From assembly GCA_013239625.1 (NCBI GenBank), contig MU054132.1, forward strand, positions 930,001-992,000: DNA of 62,000 nt, written 5' to 3'. Positions 1 to 13,019 of this stretch are shown one piece after another. The stretch is from Lama guanicoe (taxonomy: Eukaryota). Every line of letters begins with the position of its first letter. Within the stretch, counting starts at the first letter, position 1. The notes below the pieces were generated by a model. It searched no databases. It was not told where the DNA came from and worked only from the letters and a program-made list of their open reading frames with translations. The position numbers were made by a program, and so were the translations under genes.

Positions 1-591
1 AGGAAGTTATTTCAAGGAGATTAAGGATTAGTTAAACATCTTACAGTTAGAGATGACAGACTGAATGAAATAACTGGTCATTTATGAAAAAGAGAAGCAA
101 AACCCTGCCTTAAATCCAACACCTTCCAACAGCCTGATTATTGATATGTCTCCACAGCAGAACTGATGAAACAGGAAGTAGCTGACTGTAGGGCTCAAAA
201 AAGGTGAAGAGCATGATCAAAGACTACAGCAGGGTGGACTAGGACTGCACTAATAGAAATGGGAGTGAGAAAATCAAAGCAAGGCATGGTCCCTGCTCAC
301 CTGCACTGTTGGATAACACCTGGAACTCTGATTATTAACTTGCAACAAGGAGTAATGGAACCAGAAATTGTAGCATATTAAAGATACTACCTGGGAAAAT
401 GGCCATTTCCTTTTGATAAAATTTTGGGGAGTCAAAAAAGACAGACTACTTTGGGGGTGTGTTAAAAAGAAATTAAAAACTCAGACCTCAAAACAGAGTA
501 TTTCTAAGGACATTTCCAATTCAGTGCTGCTTCTGCTCAATACACAGGACCCTTAGAGTTACTGCTGCATCAGGCCTAACGAAATTGTTAC

Positions 592-629
592 CTTTCCTCC
601 TGTTGTGACTGTTTCTTCATCCTGCTCAT
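592..629 (-). CDS. SMARCC1: SMARCC1 exon 13 (38 nt)
   Basis: ttgcag|(D)EQDEETVTTGGK|gtaaca; phase matches exon 12. Confidence 0.94.
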
Positions 630-1394
630 CTGCAAAATCAAAACACGTAATTTATTTAACAGGCAAAGCTGTCTGGATTACTTGAAAACTTTAAGGTTTA
701 AGAAACTGATATTGGACAGAGAAAAGGAAAGAAACAGAGCATTATTCAAGCAAATTCACCTTGAATAATTCAGTAAATTAGAAATGGACAGAGAAGCACT
801 GAGGTGAGTAAAAATACAAAGCACCAATCATTAAACATTTCCAAAAATAGGGAATATATAATTAATTACTGCTTGGGCTACTATCTTTGTCTTGATCTTA
901 CTTAAAAATAGGTAAAGGACTTGGTTAGGGCTCTTGCCTTGTGAGGTTCAGTGAAACCAAGTAATGACATTTTGGATCCCAGAGGAAATGAGTAAAGAAT
1001 GAGGAGTAAAGAAGGAAGTGATAATCAATCCCTGTAGACAAAGTCCTGGTAAGAGTGTTAATAATACCTTCTGAGGATAGGGGACTCTAAGACCTAAATG
1101 CTGGCCTTGCAAAAGAACAGAAGCAAACCCATGTATAATTTAAACTAGGCAGCGGATTTCCACAGTGAAAAGTAAAAGTGCCAGTGTGGAAAGGGTAAGA
1201 GGTCACAGCACAAATAATTATACTATTAAGTTTCTATAACATTTTATTTTATATATAATTATTATGACCCTTAGTAGTGACTAAGACACTGTAAAGTTCA
1301 AAGAGAACACAGGGAAGCAATTTTTTTCATTTTTCATTCAATAAATATTTCCAACAATCTGCTATTTGAAAAGCACTAACTGAACTGCTTAGAC

Positions 1395-2223
1395 CAAGGG
1401 ACAGCAATGCACAGCCGACTGGCTAAATCTGGCCCACTGCCTGTTTCTGTATGGAATCTGGGAATCTGACTCTCAGGTGTTCCTAGTCAACAGCTCACTG
1501 ATAAGAAGGAGGGTTCACTGTGCCTGGACTGTGCACAATGTAGCTTAGGATAAACTTCTGATAGCCTGAAATTCTGTAATGTGCTAGGCAGAGGGACCCT
1601 ACATGACCAGTAAAAACACTGATTGCAGTCTCAAACGGGCTTCCCTGCGTGCGTGTTGCTACAGTTCTTGCTGCTGGGGGAACAGTGGACTCTATGGCCC
1701 CGCATGTGAGGGAGAGAGCATCAGGAGGCCTGCACCCAGACTCTGCCTTTGTTATCTTCTCCCACGATCTGTCTGTGCTTTCTGTGCACTGAAATCTGTG
1801 TCAGCTGTGAGAACTGCATGCTGAGTTCCATGAGTTCCTCTAGAGAATCTCCACACCTGGGGATGGTCCTGGGGATTCCTATCACACCTACAAGTAAAGA
1901 ATGATTGCTGCATTTTTACTTAATTTAAAAAATTTTTGTTTTTTATTTTGAAGTATGGTTGATTTACAATGTTAGTGATTTTGAATTTTTAAAAGATTAA
2001 AAAGAAAATCAACAGAAGACTGTATCGTGACACATCAAAATTAACTGAAATTCAAATTTCAGTGTCCATACCTAAAACTTCCATTGGAATAAGTCATGGT
2101 CATTTGTTTACGTCTTATGGATGCTTCATTTGCATTACAATGGCAATGCCATTTAGTTGTAACAGAGAGATTACAGCCCAGAAGGCCTATCTGGCCCTTT
2201 TCAGAAAAAGGTGCTAACCCCTA
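1395..2223 (+). mobile_element. MER58B-like hAT-Charlie DNA transposon, interrupted by an LTR and an L1 tail
   Basis: Motifs aaatctggcccactgcctgtttctgtatgg, gaaattcaaatttcagtgtccata and ctatctggcccttttcagaaaaagg; colinear with 56554-56870. Confidence 0.75.
1455..1886 (+). mobile_element. Solo ERV-type LTR (MER21/MER34-like, family uncertain), 5' part missing
   Basis: Aligns by eye to 48825-49300 (atctgggaat.tgactctcag...ttcctagtcaacag; tgctgagttccatga); ends in CA. Confidence 0.65.
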
Positions 2224-2279
2224 CTTTACAGGATATAAAAAGATGAGTAGTATTTTAGTAGGCAATAAAGAATTGGTAT

Positions 2280-2400
2280 TCAAACATTTAACTAAATTTT
2301 ACAGAGTGTCTAGTATGTGCCAGCCACTGTTTAAATGCTAAGGATACAGCAATGAACAAGAAAAGGTCCCTGTCCTTGTGGAGTCTATATTCCAGTTAGG
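2280..2400 (-). mobile_element. LINE-2 3' end
   Basis: tatgtgccagccactgtttaaatgctaaggatacagcaatgaacaag...gtccctgtcctt. Confidence 0.6.
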
Positions 2401-4970
2401 AGTTGCAGAAGATGGAAGAGAAAATAAATAAAGGGCTTCAGGTGGGGATGTACCTGACGACTTCACAAAAGTGAAAGGCCACTGTGAGCAGGAACAGAGG
2501 CAGAGAGAAATGAGCACACCATGAGAGCACAGTGCAAAGGTACAAAACACTGGCACTAATGACAGACAGACCTAGACCTGAATTTGTGCTCTCTCACTTA
2601 GGAACAATACCTGAACCCTTCCAGTCTCTACTTCCCAACATGGTTGTATAGGGAAACGCAAACATGTAGAGTGACACCTGGCAGGTACTCATGTAACATA
2701 AAGACGGACACGGTTCCTTCATTTGTAACTTAGAGACAAACACCTGCTAAAAGGAATGGGCTGTGGTAAATTATGGTACTCCCAACACAGGTCATCCAAT
2801 TCTGCTCAGGAACCATTTTTCTCCTAGGAAGTGACTTAACAGAAAAAAATCTAGGAAAGGCTGTCAAATATGAACTTTTTGTCCTTTAGGTCTTGGTAAA
2901 CCAAAGGATAACCAACTTCTCACTAGATGGTGGTAGTACAATTTAATGATCTCTCTCTGCTCAATCAATACCATTTTAGTGTGACAGAATTTTGTGCCTG
3001 AGGGAGTCTTGGTGCCAAATGGAAACAGGCTTCTGAGAATACAAAAGTAGGAGGGACAACCTTGATACTGATTCATCGATGGTAACACTCAATAAATGTT
3101 CTCTTCCTCCTTCCAGATGTCAACAAATACACGCTCACCTCAGCCCCTGGATCTTGACCTTTCAGAGATCTCAAGAAAGAAAGAAAAGACTGGGTATACA
3201 TAGCTCAGTGGCATATAAGGCAGAATAGGGATCAGTTAAAACAACAAACAACTCTGAACAGTAATTCTCAGTTGATGGATCAGTTACCCTCAGCATGGTT
3301 CAAGTCATAGCTAATGCAGAAAGCCAGATGCTTAAACGATACACAGGAAGCATGTTACTCCCTGGATGAAAGGCCAGGACTACAATTTCAAATTCTATAG
3401 AGCCTAACTCTCCTTCTGTGATGAGGAGCATCTGCAGCCACAGCACTCCTAATTAAGACCTCAAGCTATTCACAAACACAAAGGGAAGATCTCTTATACC
3501 CAGCACTAAAACTTTTAATCCAGTTGGGGCCCCATCCTTTTCCTAAAATTGGCTTCAACTTTACTCCTCAGATAAAGACTACCTCACTATTAAAAGGACA
3601 ACTGCCCACTCCCTTAAAACTTCAGGTTGATTTTTTTGGGATATAACTTTCAAAATATAAACTATATTCTGTTTAACAAACTGTCCCAATGAAGAGTATT
3701 CAAGTCTTAACAAAATTTTACCTTGTCACATTATTGTGAATATAAAAGAAGATACTGCTTATAGTTAGTTTTTGCTTTCTTTGCCTTTGATTCAGTGGGT
3801 AAGTGAGTTATAGAACACACAATATAAACTTAAGGAGAATGGAAATTATTACCAGTTATTCAAGATTTTTATTCTATATACATCAATAAAAAACATATAA
3901 AAACTATATTCTGTTAATGTTAAAAACAATTAAGATAGAAATATTTTGACAGTATCTCTCCTTTGTTGTTTATTTTGTTGACGTAATACCATCTTTATAT
4001 AAACTGTCATGAAGACCATTTTCTGCTTTATTTTAGACATAATTAAAAATAGAATTGTCCACTGGTGTTCAGTGACAGGCTTTAAGCCAGAAAAAGTAGA
4101 ATGAACTGAGTGAAATGAAGTAGAAAAACCCTCCCAAACCCCCACTCCAATCTGCCATGAAGAATCACAGCAATTTATTCAAAATACAGAATTCACTTAA
4201 CTAGGACATTGTGAAATCCAAGTCTCATTTTCCACATAAGGAGATCTCGAAAATCCCTATTAGGTTTAAAACTCTATTAATTCATAAATTCAATATACAC
4301 AGAAAACACTAGGATTCCCTTTGATTTTTACAAGTGAAGAGAGTAAGTGAGATCATTACTTCATTTATTACATTCAGGATTAAAGATGTTTTAAAATACC
4401 CCTACTTTTAAAAACTGGAACAAGTGATTATACTCCTCTTTTCTACCCTCACAGCACATTCAAGAATTAGACCTTACTTGTGAAAATGTACATCATAACT
4501 TGAAAATACTGTAAAAGAATGATGTGATACTCATTTTCTACTGTTAAGGAAACTTCCAGTTGGTTTACAAAGTATTAACAGTCAACAGTTTTTTACTCTG
4601 AAGACACAAAATCAATCTGCACATGTTGTGAAACAAGTATTTCGTGGAGATTATAAAAAGTGTGTTAATTACAACTGTTTCTTTGAGACTTCAAACATTC
4701 TGATCAAGGTAAAATATTACTTTTGCTAGCTTGCAGGAAAAGATGCACTGAGAGGGCAGATCAGTAAAAATAAAAGAATGGATCTTAAGAAATTAAATTC
4801 CCTAGTGCAAGAGCAAACTAATCAAAATGGTACTACGGTAGCCATAGTTAATAACTGTGTCGGAAAGCACAGTAACTGAAAGCAACATCTCTTAGTACAG
4901 AAAGAATTACCCGAAGAGCTGACGTTTTCAAGAGATAAAACAACACAGAATGTACAGTTTTGGTTTTTAC

Positions 4971-5030
4971 CTAGATCTGCTACAGTTCCTCCTTTAACAG
5001 GTGTATTTTCACTATCTTTCTTTGGGTTTA
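4971..5030 (-). CDS. SMARCC1: SMARCC1 exon 12 (60 nt)
   Basis: ttgtag|(V)NPKKDSENTPVKGGTVADL(D)|gtaaaa. Confidence 0.96.
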
Positions 5031-5299
5031 CTACAAAGAAAAAAAAAGAATCACGTTTTAAGGAAAAGGTTCTACTTATTTCTAAGAAAACAGAATAGAT
5101 GATTAAAAATACATGAATCTCATTGCAACTTGACCATCATTCAGCACTCATCTTCATGTAAAAATCTACTCTCTGCAAGCCCAGCTAAGAAACATAAACA
5201 CTTACTGTAACAGACTGTATTTTGTAATTAACTACCCAAGCAGCAATCTTTTTTCATCATAAAATACAGAAATACAGAGAGCAAACCCTCAAAAGAACC

Positions 5300-6790
5300 T
5301 TTCAATCCTTTTCCCCAAAATATTTTTTATGTTTTTTGTGAACTTGTGGACTGACTCTCATTTTTGTGCCATTCATTAAGATAGCAAATTGAGGGAGAAC
5401 TGGTATCATTTATACATCTATATGGACTTCAAGACTTCCTGAGTGTTTTTAAATCTTACATGTATAGGTCATTCATACTGTACTTATTCTGGGATCTGAA
5501 CCAAAACAAACAAACAAGCAAGCAAGCAAACAAAAAGACACATACTGTACTTATCCTTAGCACTCTACTTTTCTCATGTAGCAGTGTGCCTGTGTGGTCT
5601 TTCCATGTAAGTACTTTTAGTTACAATAGATCTTTTTCATTTCTAATAGATTCTGTGTCCATTTGTGGATCAAAAGGTTACTAGCCCTGGGGGAGGGACA
5701 GCTCAGCGGTAGAATGTGTGCTTAGTATGCACAAGGTCCTGCATTCAATCCCCAGTACCTCCACTAAAAAATAAAAGTTTTCAAAAATTAATTAAAAAAT
5801 ACACACAGAAACCTACTAACCCCCCACCAAAATACAACAACAAAAAAAGGGGCACTAGCCCTAATCACAGTATTTATTTTCAATGTTTCATTATTCTGTA
5901 ATCAACATTCTTTTATACTTATCTTTACGTGTGCATGTAATTATTTAAAATGGACTCTGAAATTAAAACTGTTACTGGATGTTCACTTTTTAAAATTTAA
6001 TAGATATAGCCAAATTGTGTATAGTGGCTTCAGCAATTTATAATTCCACCAACAGCATTTGAGAGTACTCATTTCTTAAAAACAGTACTTTGGGAATCCT
6101 CTACTTTCTAAGTTTTGAAAATCTGATGGATGAAAACGTTACTTTTATAATTTACATATCCTTGGTTAAATGAGGTTAAGCATCTTTTCATACATTTATC
6201 AATCCTACATTTTTTTAAATAAAATTATCAGTACATAATACTTTGACCTTTATTCTATGAGGCTTAAGAATCTTTATACGTAAAATTTAGGGTTTTAATT
6301 CTTTGTTTGTTAAATGGGCAGTGCATATTTTCTCCAAGACTGACACTTATTTAAAGTGCATTAGTATTTGGAAATTTACTTTTACGGTTTTGTTTTTAAA
6401 TATAGCACTTTAATCCACCTGAAGTTTAAATTCTTATATATGATACAAGGAAGAACACTAAATTTTACAGTATTTGTGGAAAAGTTTGGTCTTTTCCCAC
6501 TGATTTGCACTGCTAAATTCACAGTAAGTTAAATTTATTAACAAATATGGATCTGCATTTGAACTGGCCGTTCTACTCCACGTATGGATTCAGCCATTTC
6601 TGTGTCCAAACCATGCTATATTAATTATTATAGCATCCCAATTTAGCTAGCTATCTAATAGGCCTATAACCACCTTCACTGCTCTTTTATTTAAAATAAA
6701 TCTTTTCATTATTTTTGTGAATTTTCTCTTCTATATGACTTTTAAAATATATTTGTGACTTTTATTGCCCAATTTTGCATAAGACAATGA
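5300..6790 (-). mobile_element. Old diverged L1 (L1M-type), interrupted by a SINE
   Basis: Reverse-strand L1 ORF2/3' motifs such as aatttataattccaccaacagc and gaggttaagcatcttttcata. Confidence 0.55.
5689..5853 (+). mobile_element. Vic-1-like tRNA-derived SINE
   Basis: A/B-box-like head (agctcagcggtaga...ttcaatcccc) and A-rich tail; TSD actagccct at 5680-5688 and 5854-5862. Confidence 0.85.
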
Positions 6791-6949
6791 TTTTTAGAAA
6801 TGCATATAACTTTTCAGATGACTGTATTTTCCATTTCTTAAAAATACAAATGACTGCTTAAAACAAAAAATAAAAAAGAAAGACATAGGGATTATAACAC
6901 ATATGGAAATAAAATATATGAAAACATCATAAAGACAGGAGAAAGCATA

Positions 6950-8180
6950 AATTATCCCAACTAGACAAGTAATTTTACATTGATTTGATAAATTGAGGAT
7001 ATATATTGTAATCCTTAGAGCAACCACTAAGGAAAAAAAATAGATAAAAAGCAAACAGAGAGTAAGAAAATCCATATAGACAGAAAGCAGAACAGTGGTT
7101 GTCAAGATCTAGGGGAAGGGGATAATGTGAACTAACTCCTGATAAGCACAAAGTTTCTTTTCATGGGGATGGAAACTTTCTGGAATTAAGATGGTGGTGA
7201 TGAGGTACAATGTAGTGAGTTTACTAAAAACCACGGAATGATAAAAATGCACATTAAAAACGTGAATTTTACACTACGTGAAGTGTATTTCAATTGACAC
7301 TAGGCTATGTAAAAACAAAGAAACCATGTAAGTTCTAAACGAAAAGCAAAGCAAACAGAGGGGCTAGAACATTTAAAAGCAAAAGAACATCAAGCAGGGG
7401 AGAGTATAGCTCAGTGATAGAGCACATGCTTAGCATGCACAAGGTCCTGGGTTCAATCCCCAGTGCCTCCATTAAAAATAATAGTAATAATAAATAAACC
7501 AAATTACTACCCCCTAAAAAAAGCAAAAGAACATAAAAGCGAAAGAAAGGGCAAAAAAGCAAAAGAAAGGACAAAAAAGCAAACAAAGGAAGGAAACGAG
7601 AGGGACAAATGGAAAAAAACTTAGCACGATGGTAGACTTAAACCCACCCATACTGGCAACTGTTACATTTGGTGGATTACACATTCCAATTAAAAACAGA
7701 AAATGTGTACACTGAGGGGAAAAAACCAAGCATCAACAATTTGATGTTGAAAAGCAACATGCTCTACATAACTGGCGTGAAAATAATAAAAAAAAAAAAG
7801 CGAGAGAGACACAAACTGAAAACATAAAAAAGAAAGGATATGAGATTTATAAGACTGCTCTACTGAAGTCTTAAGTATAATTGGGACTAGTAAAATATAA
7901 AATAGAAATTTACTGAAAAGCGTGTGGATGAGGCTTTATTATTACTGGAGAACTTAGATTTCAAGACAAGCATTATTATGACACAAGGAGACATGATACA
8001 AGACTCAATTCATCGTGACAACACGATGATCCTAAAAGTATATGTCCTTAAAGAGCAAAGCTCAAAGTACAAGAAGAAAATACAGGGAAAAAATTTAACA
8101 GAAATAAAGGGAAAACAGACAAATCCACAATCACAGTTAAAAGGGTCTAACATCCTCCTCGCAATAACTGGTTTAAAGAG
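6950..8180 (+). mobile_element. Old L1 fragments (inter-ORF/endonuclease start plus a nested L1 3' end at about 7065-7295)
   Basis: attgtaatccttagagcaaccactaa; ggaaaaacagacaaatccacaatcacag; gcagaacagtggttgtcaag. Confidence 0.55.
7397..7518 (+). mobile_element. Vic-1-like tRNA-derived SINE
   Basis: ggggagagtatagctcagtgatagagcacatgcttagcatgcacaaggtcctgggttcaatcccc; flanked by repeated aaaagcaaaagaacat. Confidence 0.88.
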
Positions 8181-8496
8181 ATTAAATTGCACATAGATAA
8201 GTACTTCATTTTTTCATATGTATATTGATTTGGTTGAGATTTTAAATCCATGAATTTTAAAGCATTACTAAATTTAGAGAACTTTTTGGTCAGTATGTTT
8301 TCTCAATAAACAGCGAAAGTACACCAAAAGATTGGGGAAAAGGGAATTTCATTAACATTAACCATAAAGGGGAAGAATCTACCATTTGAAAGGAAGACCT
8401 GGAGATGCAGAGCAAAAAGTAAATCATCCCATGGCATTGCTGAGAATGATTAAATCACGTCTAACATTCTCATAGTCTAGGCAGAAGGATACAAAC

Positions 8497-8621
8497 CATT
8501 TTTCGGAAGAACCACTTCCTCTATGTTGGGTACAGGTGTTGGGTCTTCCATGTCCTTGGTAAGATCTTCTTGCTCATCTTCTTCTTTCTGACTTCTGCGC
8601 TTCCCATAAAGACTAGCTTGA
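8497..8621 (-). CDS. SMARCC1: SMARCC1 exon 11 (125 nt)
   Basis: ttttag|(G)[41 protein letters not shown](V)|gtttgt. Confidence 0.96.
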
Positions 8622-11080
8622 CTAAAACATAAAAGGTACAAAAGCACAAACAAGACTGACTATAGTTACAATACAGAAGACAAATTCACAGGCTTTACCT
8701 ACATTGTTGTTAGACTCTATGATCAGAATCACTTTAAAAGACAAACAGAAATCAAACAAATTAGATACATTCCCCAAATTACATCAAACTAGCCAAAAGG
8801 AGAATAAAAATTATTGGGTATAAGAAATGGCCACAGAAATCCTACTACACAAACTGCAGACAGTATCTAAAGGGGACTTAAATTAGTGTAATAAAAGATC
8901 TGCTAAGGAAATAAGGTATATATTTCACCTCAGATTATAGTGATTTACATAAGAACTTTTCTCAAAGATATATACAACTAACTATATTTTCCTGGCTCTT
9001 TGTATCATCCAAACATTAGGAACTGCAAAGTAAAATCACTTAGAATAGTACTAATTTTTTCATTTTGTAAAAATTGCCACTGATCTTTCACCACCAATTC
9101 AATCAAGTCAACATTTATTTTTAAAACACACACGAGAAAGCATGTTAAAGTTCAAACAAGAACGGAATGATTCCTTACCTTGAGGAATGACACAGGATAC
9201 ATAATAGAAATCATTACCTAGATCACATGATGTGATGTGCACCAAGACAGAGAAATGAATATAAGTTCCAAAAAATACAGCTCAGTGAAAGTTAGTCAAG
9301 TGACAGTTAAGCTGAACCTTGGGAACTATAACAATTTACTAAAAAAAAATAGGCAACGTTTTAGGATGATAAGCAAAGGCACAAAAGGATGAGAAAAAAA
9401 AACTTGTTTTGGGGTAGTAATCTACAATATAATGATAGGTGAACAGGAATGGAGAAGGAACTGGTGAGTCCTCACACTGCTGAGAGAATGTCAAAGTCCT
9501 CTTTTTAGAGGGACAACATATTGGCAGAGGATAGAATAAGGTGTATAGGGTAAAAAAAATTTTAATAAAAATTTCATGATAATTTTTAAAATCCTATGAA
9601 ACTAAAGATAGCAAGGAGATATAACACCTAAAAAGTACCAAAAGATGCAGGGAAGACAAACAATATGGATGTTAGGAAAACAGATTTCAAGATGGTTTGG
9701 TTAAGCAGAGATTTCTAAAGGGAAACTCGAAAGAGCAAAATCCTGCTCATTAGAAGGTAGAAGCATTCAATTAAAGGACAAGTATACATTTATTTTGGGA
9801 AACTCAGTTTGGTGGGTTTTACACTCAGAGTAGAGGCTAAATACCTCCACTGTGGACAAGATGGACATCACACCTTGGTTCTATGACCACTAGTGTCCTG
9901 GCACCCCCATCTTAGCCCGTAATGGGAAAAGCAGCACATCTATTTTAGGTCCGGGAATATTTGGAAAAACTGTTACAATTTTCTTTACAAGGACCTCAGG
10001 CAGCTCTGAAATCTCAGAACATCAAACAGAAAGATTCAGGATACAAGTTTAAGAACGAAGGTTTCCCTCAATAATACCCCCCCAACAATCTATTCTGATT
10101 TTAATTTTTACGTCACAATACATGTTACTTGACAAAATTAACAAAAATCTTTATTTTATAACTGTGACAGGCCCATTAAAATTATTTATAAAACTAAGAG
10201 TTTCTTAACTTTCCTAAAACCTTCTAAGCATCGTTAAGAATGATTCAAGTAACCCTACCATACAAGAAATAATGTGATTCAAGGTATGTTCTGAGCTGAG
10301 AAAGGCAAGTTAGGCTAGAGAAGAAAGTCAGAAAAAGAAGCTGATTGAGAGAAGATGCCAAGTAGATCTTTACAGTCTGGTCAACAAACAGAAATTTAAC
10401 AAATTTCTATCACATGAAATGAAGAAATCTTGCAATCTGTCATTTTCTAAGACTAAGCTGTAACGTCTGAGAAATTATGTAAAATATTTTCAGCTAGACA
10501 ACCCTGAAATTATTTACTTAATATGTAAGAATAATAAAAAATTATTATGCATTATCTACCATTTATTAAGTATCTTCTTCAGGCCAGGCACTCTGCAAGG
10601 TCTGTAAAGTCTCACTTAATCCCCACAACAACCTATTCAATATATGCCAAAACTTCCACTCAAGCAGGATTCACTAAACGCAAATGTGACTCACTGCACA
10701 AAGCACTACACTGCCACACTCTGCAGAATATGGAAAAGACACAGGTTCAACTCCTCTATAAGTCATTTGGATCATGTACGGGACAGGTGGTGAAATCACA
10801 GAAAGACAACAACTACAGTGAATATAATTTCTTAACTTCCTTATCAACCATGCTTTTTTTCCCCCCGAGCCATGCTTCTTAATATATACTTAGATATAGA
10901 AAAAAGGTTGCGTTCAGGGAGCCTCTGTATAAATACAGCCTAAGATACTATCCCATTACAAGACAAGCTATCAAAGCAAAAACACTTCCAACCAGTCAAA
11001 GTAAAACTTCTTTTCAGCCAAACCTGCCATGTAAATGAAAAACTCTGGAAACTCCTTTGGAATCATGTTACTGTTCTTAC

Positions 11081-11202
11081 CCTTTCTTCCCACTCTTCTT
11101 CCGGGACTCTGTGGGTGTGGGAGGTGGAGGGGAAGGTGAATGTTTCCTCTTTCGAGCATTAGCTGATGCTTTTCTATCTCTTCTCTCTGGACTTCTGACT
11201 GG
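11081..11202 (-). CDS. SMARCC1: SMARCC1 exon 10 (122 nt)
   Basis: tcctag|PVRSPERRDRKASANARKRKHSPSPPPPTPTESRKKSGKK(G)|gtaaga. Confidence 0.96.
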
Positions 11203-11677
11203 CTAGGAAGAAGTAAATGGAAATAAATATCAGCCAACTTTGCTGACTCATCAGTTTCTACGAACCCTGGTCCAAGATGAGTTTTCACAACAAAGATAAT
11301 ATGAAACACACTAGCTCAGAGCAAATAAAAGGCACATCATTAAGCATCCTGGACTGCCGGCAGTCAAGAGACTTTCCCTGACCTGCCAGGTGAGACCCCG
11401 TCAATGGGTATACAAGAACCATTTGACAGGTATTCAAACTATGCTACAAAACAGACATGTTCTGTGTTTCCAGATGGGAAAAGCATTTATAACAACCACT
11501 AGAAAAATACGAAACACATGCTATTAAATTAATGAAATACAAAGACTGGCTGAATGACCTTGTGAAAATGTACCAGAAACAACATGTAGTTTATCAGTAA
11601 AAGGAATATTAAGAGAGAATGATACAAAAGATGTAAAATTTTACAAGGCTACAATTCATGACTTGAAAGTCAACCCA

Positions 11678-11806
11678 CAGGAGTAAAACTACCCCTGTTT
11701 GCAGATGACATATCTTAACCCTAAGGAATCTGCAAAAAGAACTATTAGAGCTAATAAACCAGTTCAGCAGAGTTGCAGCATACACATCAACATACAAAAG
11801 TCAGTC
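11678..11806 (+). mobile_element. L1 reverse-transcriptase fragment
   Basis: ctgtttgcagatgacat (LFADD motif)...ctattagagctaataaac...catcaacatacaaaagtcag. Confidence 0.75.
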
Positions 11807-13019
11807 TGTAGATAACTATCAATTTAATAAACAGACCATAATAAAGAAAACACACCTAAAATAATCCAGTATTATATCTGAAAAAAAATCAGAGACCTAA
11901 ACATTATTTTTCTCTGGACACTCATACCCTTTACATCTATGTCCTTTCAATAGCTCTGTAGCATCAAAATGGGAATCTAAGTCATCTTACAGGCACACCA
12001 GAGACATTTTAAAGAAAATCTAAACTACACTCACCTTTAATTTTAGCCTTACTATACATCAAATTCTTAAAGAAAGGTATCAGTTTTTATACAATCCTCC
12101 CTAAAATAAGTAAAAAATAAATAAACCACTCAAATATGAACAGAATTGGATATGAACATGCCAGTTTAATAATGTAATATAGAAAGTGAGTATTTCTAAT
12201 GACAGAAAAGACTCAATTTGAAATGCATTTAGGGGAAACAAATATAAAGCATATCAGTAGGAAGACCAAGATAAAAAGTTTTCAGAGAAAAATTCCAAAT
12301 AAGGACAAACTAAAAATTAAAAGATATGAAAAAGATTCGGTTTTTAAATAATTTTTTTCAAAGATCTAAAATACAAAGGAAAAAGCAAAAATTTCATGTC
12401 TCCCCACTGAAAAGGACTTTTAGAATCAGGTCTCTATCTGAAACTGTCACAGCCCAACAACAAAACATCTAAGCCTTCTTCTCAGTCTCAAGTCTTCCTC
12501 TAGTGACACATCCATCCCCCCAGTTGTGACTTAAAGAAATCATAAATAAATATTTAAGTGGCTGGGCTTCCTAAAAGATTAAAGAGTATTAAATGTCAAG
12601 TTCTCCAACCTCATAAAAGGACTCAGAGAACTTTAAGGCCTACACTTTGTACTATTTTATGTGCTTTAACAAAGCTATTAAAAAATATTAAAACTAAATT
12701 TTTTCTTGGAAAGTTATCCTGTGATGTGATTTCGTTCACAAAATTAATACTCAGATCTAGAGAATAAAATCAGTTCTAACACCTTCCATACCACATGGGC
12801 CACTTTAAATCTTAATGACGCTCTGAGATTCTCATGCCCCTTTTTGGGGGGACGCCAGCATGTGAGATGGCTGTTAGGGCATTTAGTTAACTTTTATATA
12901 TACTTGATGACTGATGCACCTTGTTTTGTTTGTGAAAGTTTATTAATGAAGATTTGAAAACATTCCGGCCAAGAAAGAAGAAAACACCAAGTAGACGAAA
13001 GTGGTGCCAAACCAAATAC

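Noticed and set aside
3139..3190. Pyrimidine tract plus donor GAG|GTGAGC in intron 12
   Set aside because: The first AG after the tract is in a GAG context, which is rarely used, and the tract is a simple (GAAA)n repeat.
5689..5770. tRNA genes (here and at the other tRNA-like heads)
   Set aside because: They are degenerate, carry A-rich tails and TSDs, and recur seven times: SINEs rather than tRNA genes.
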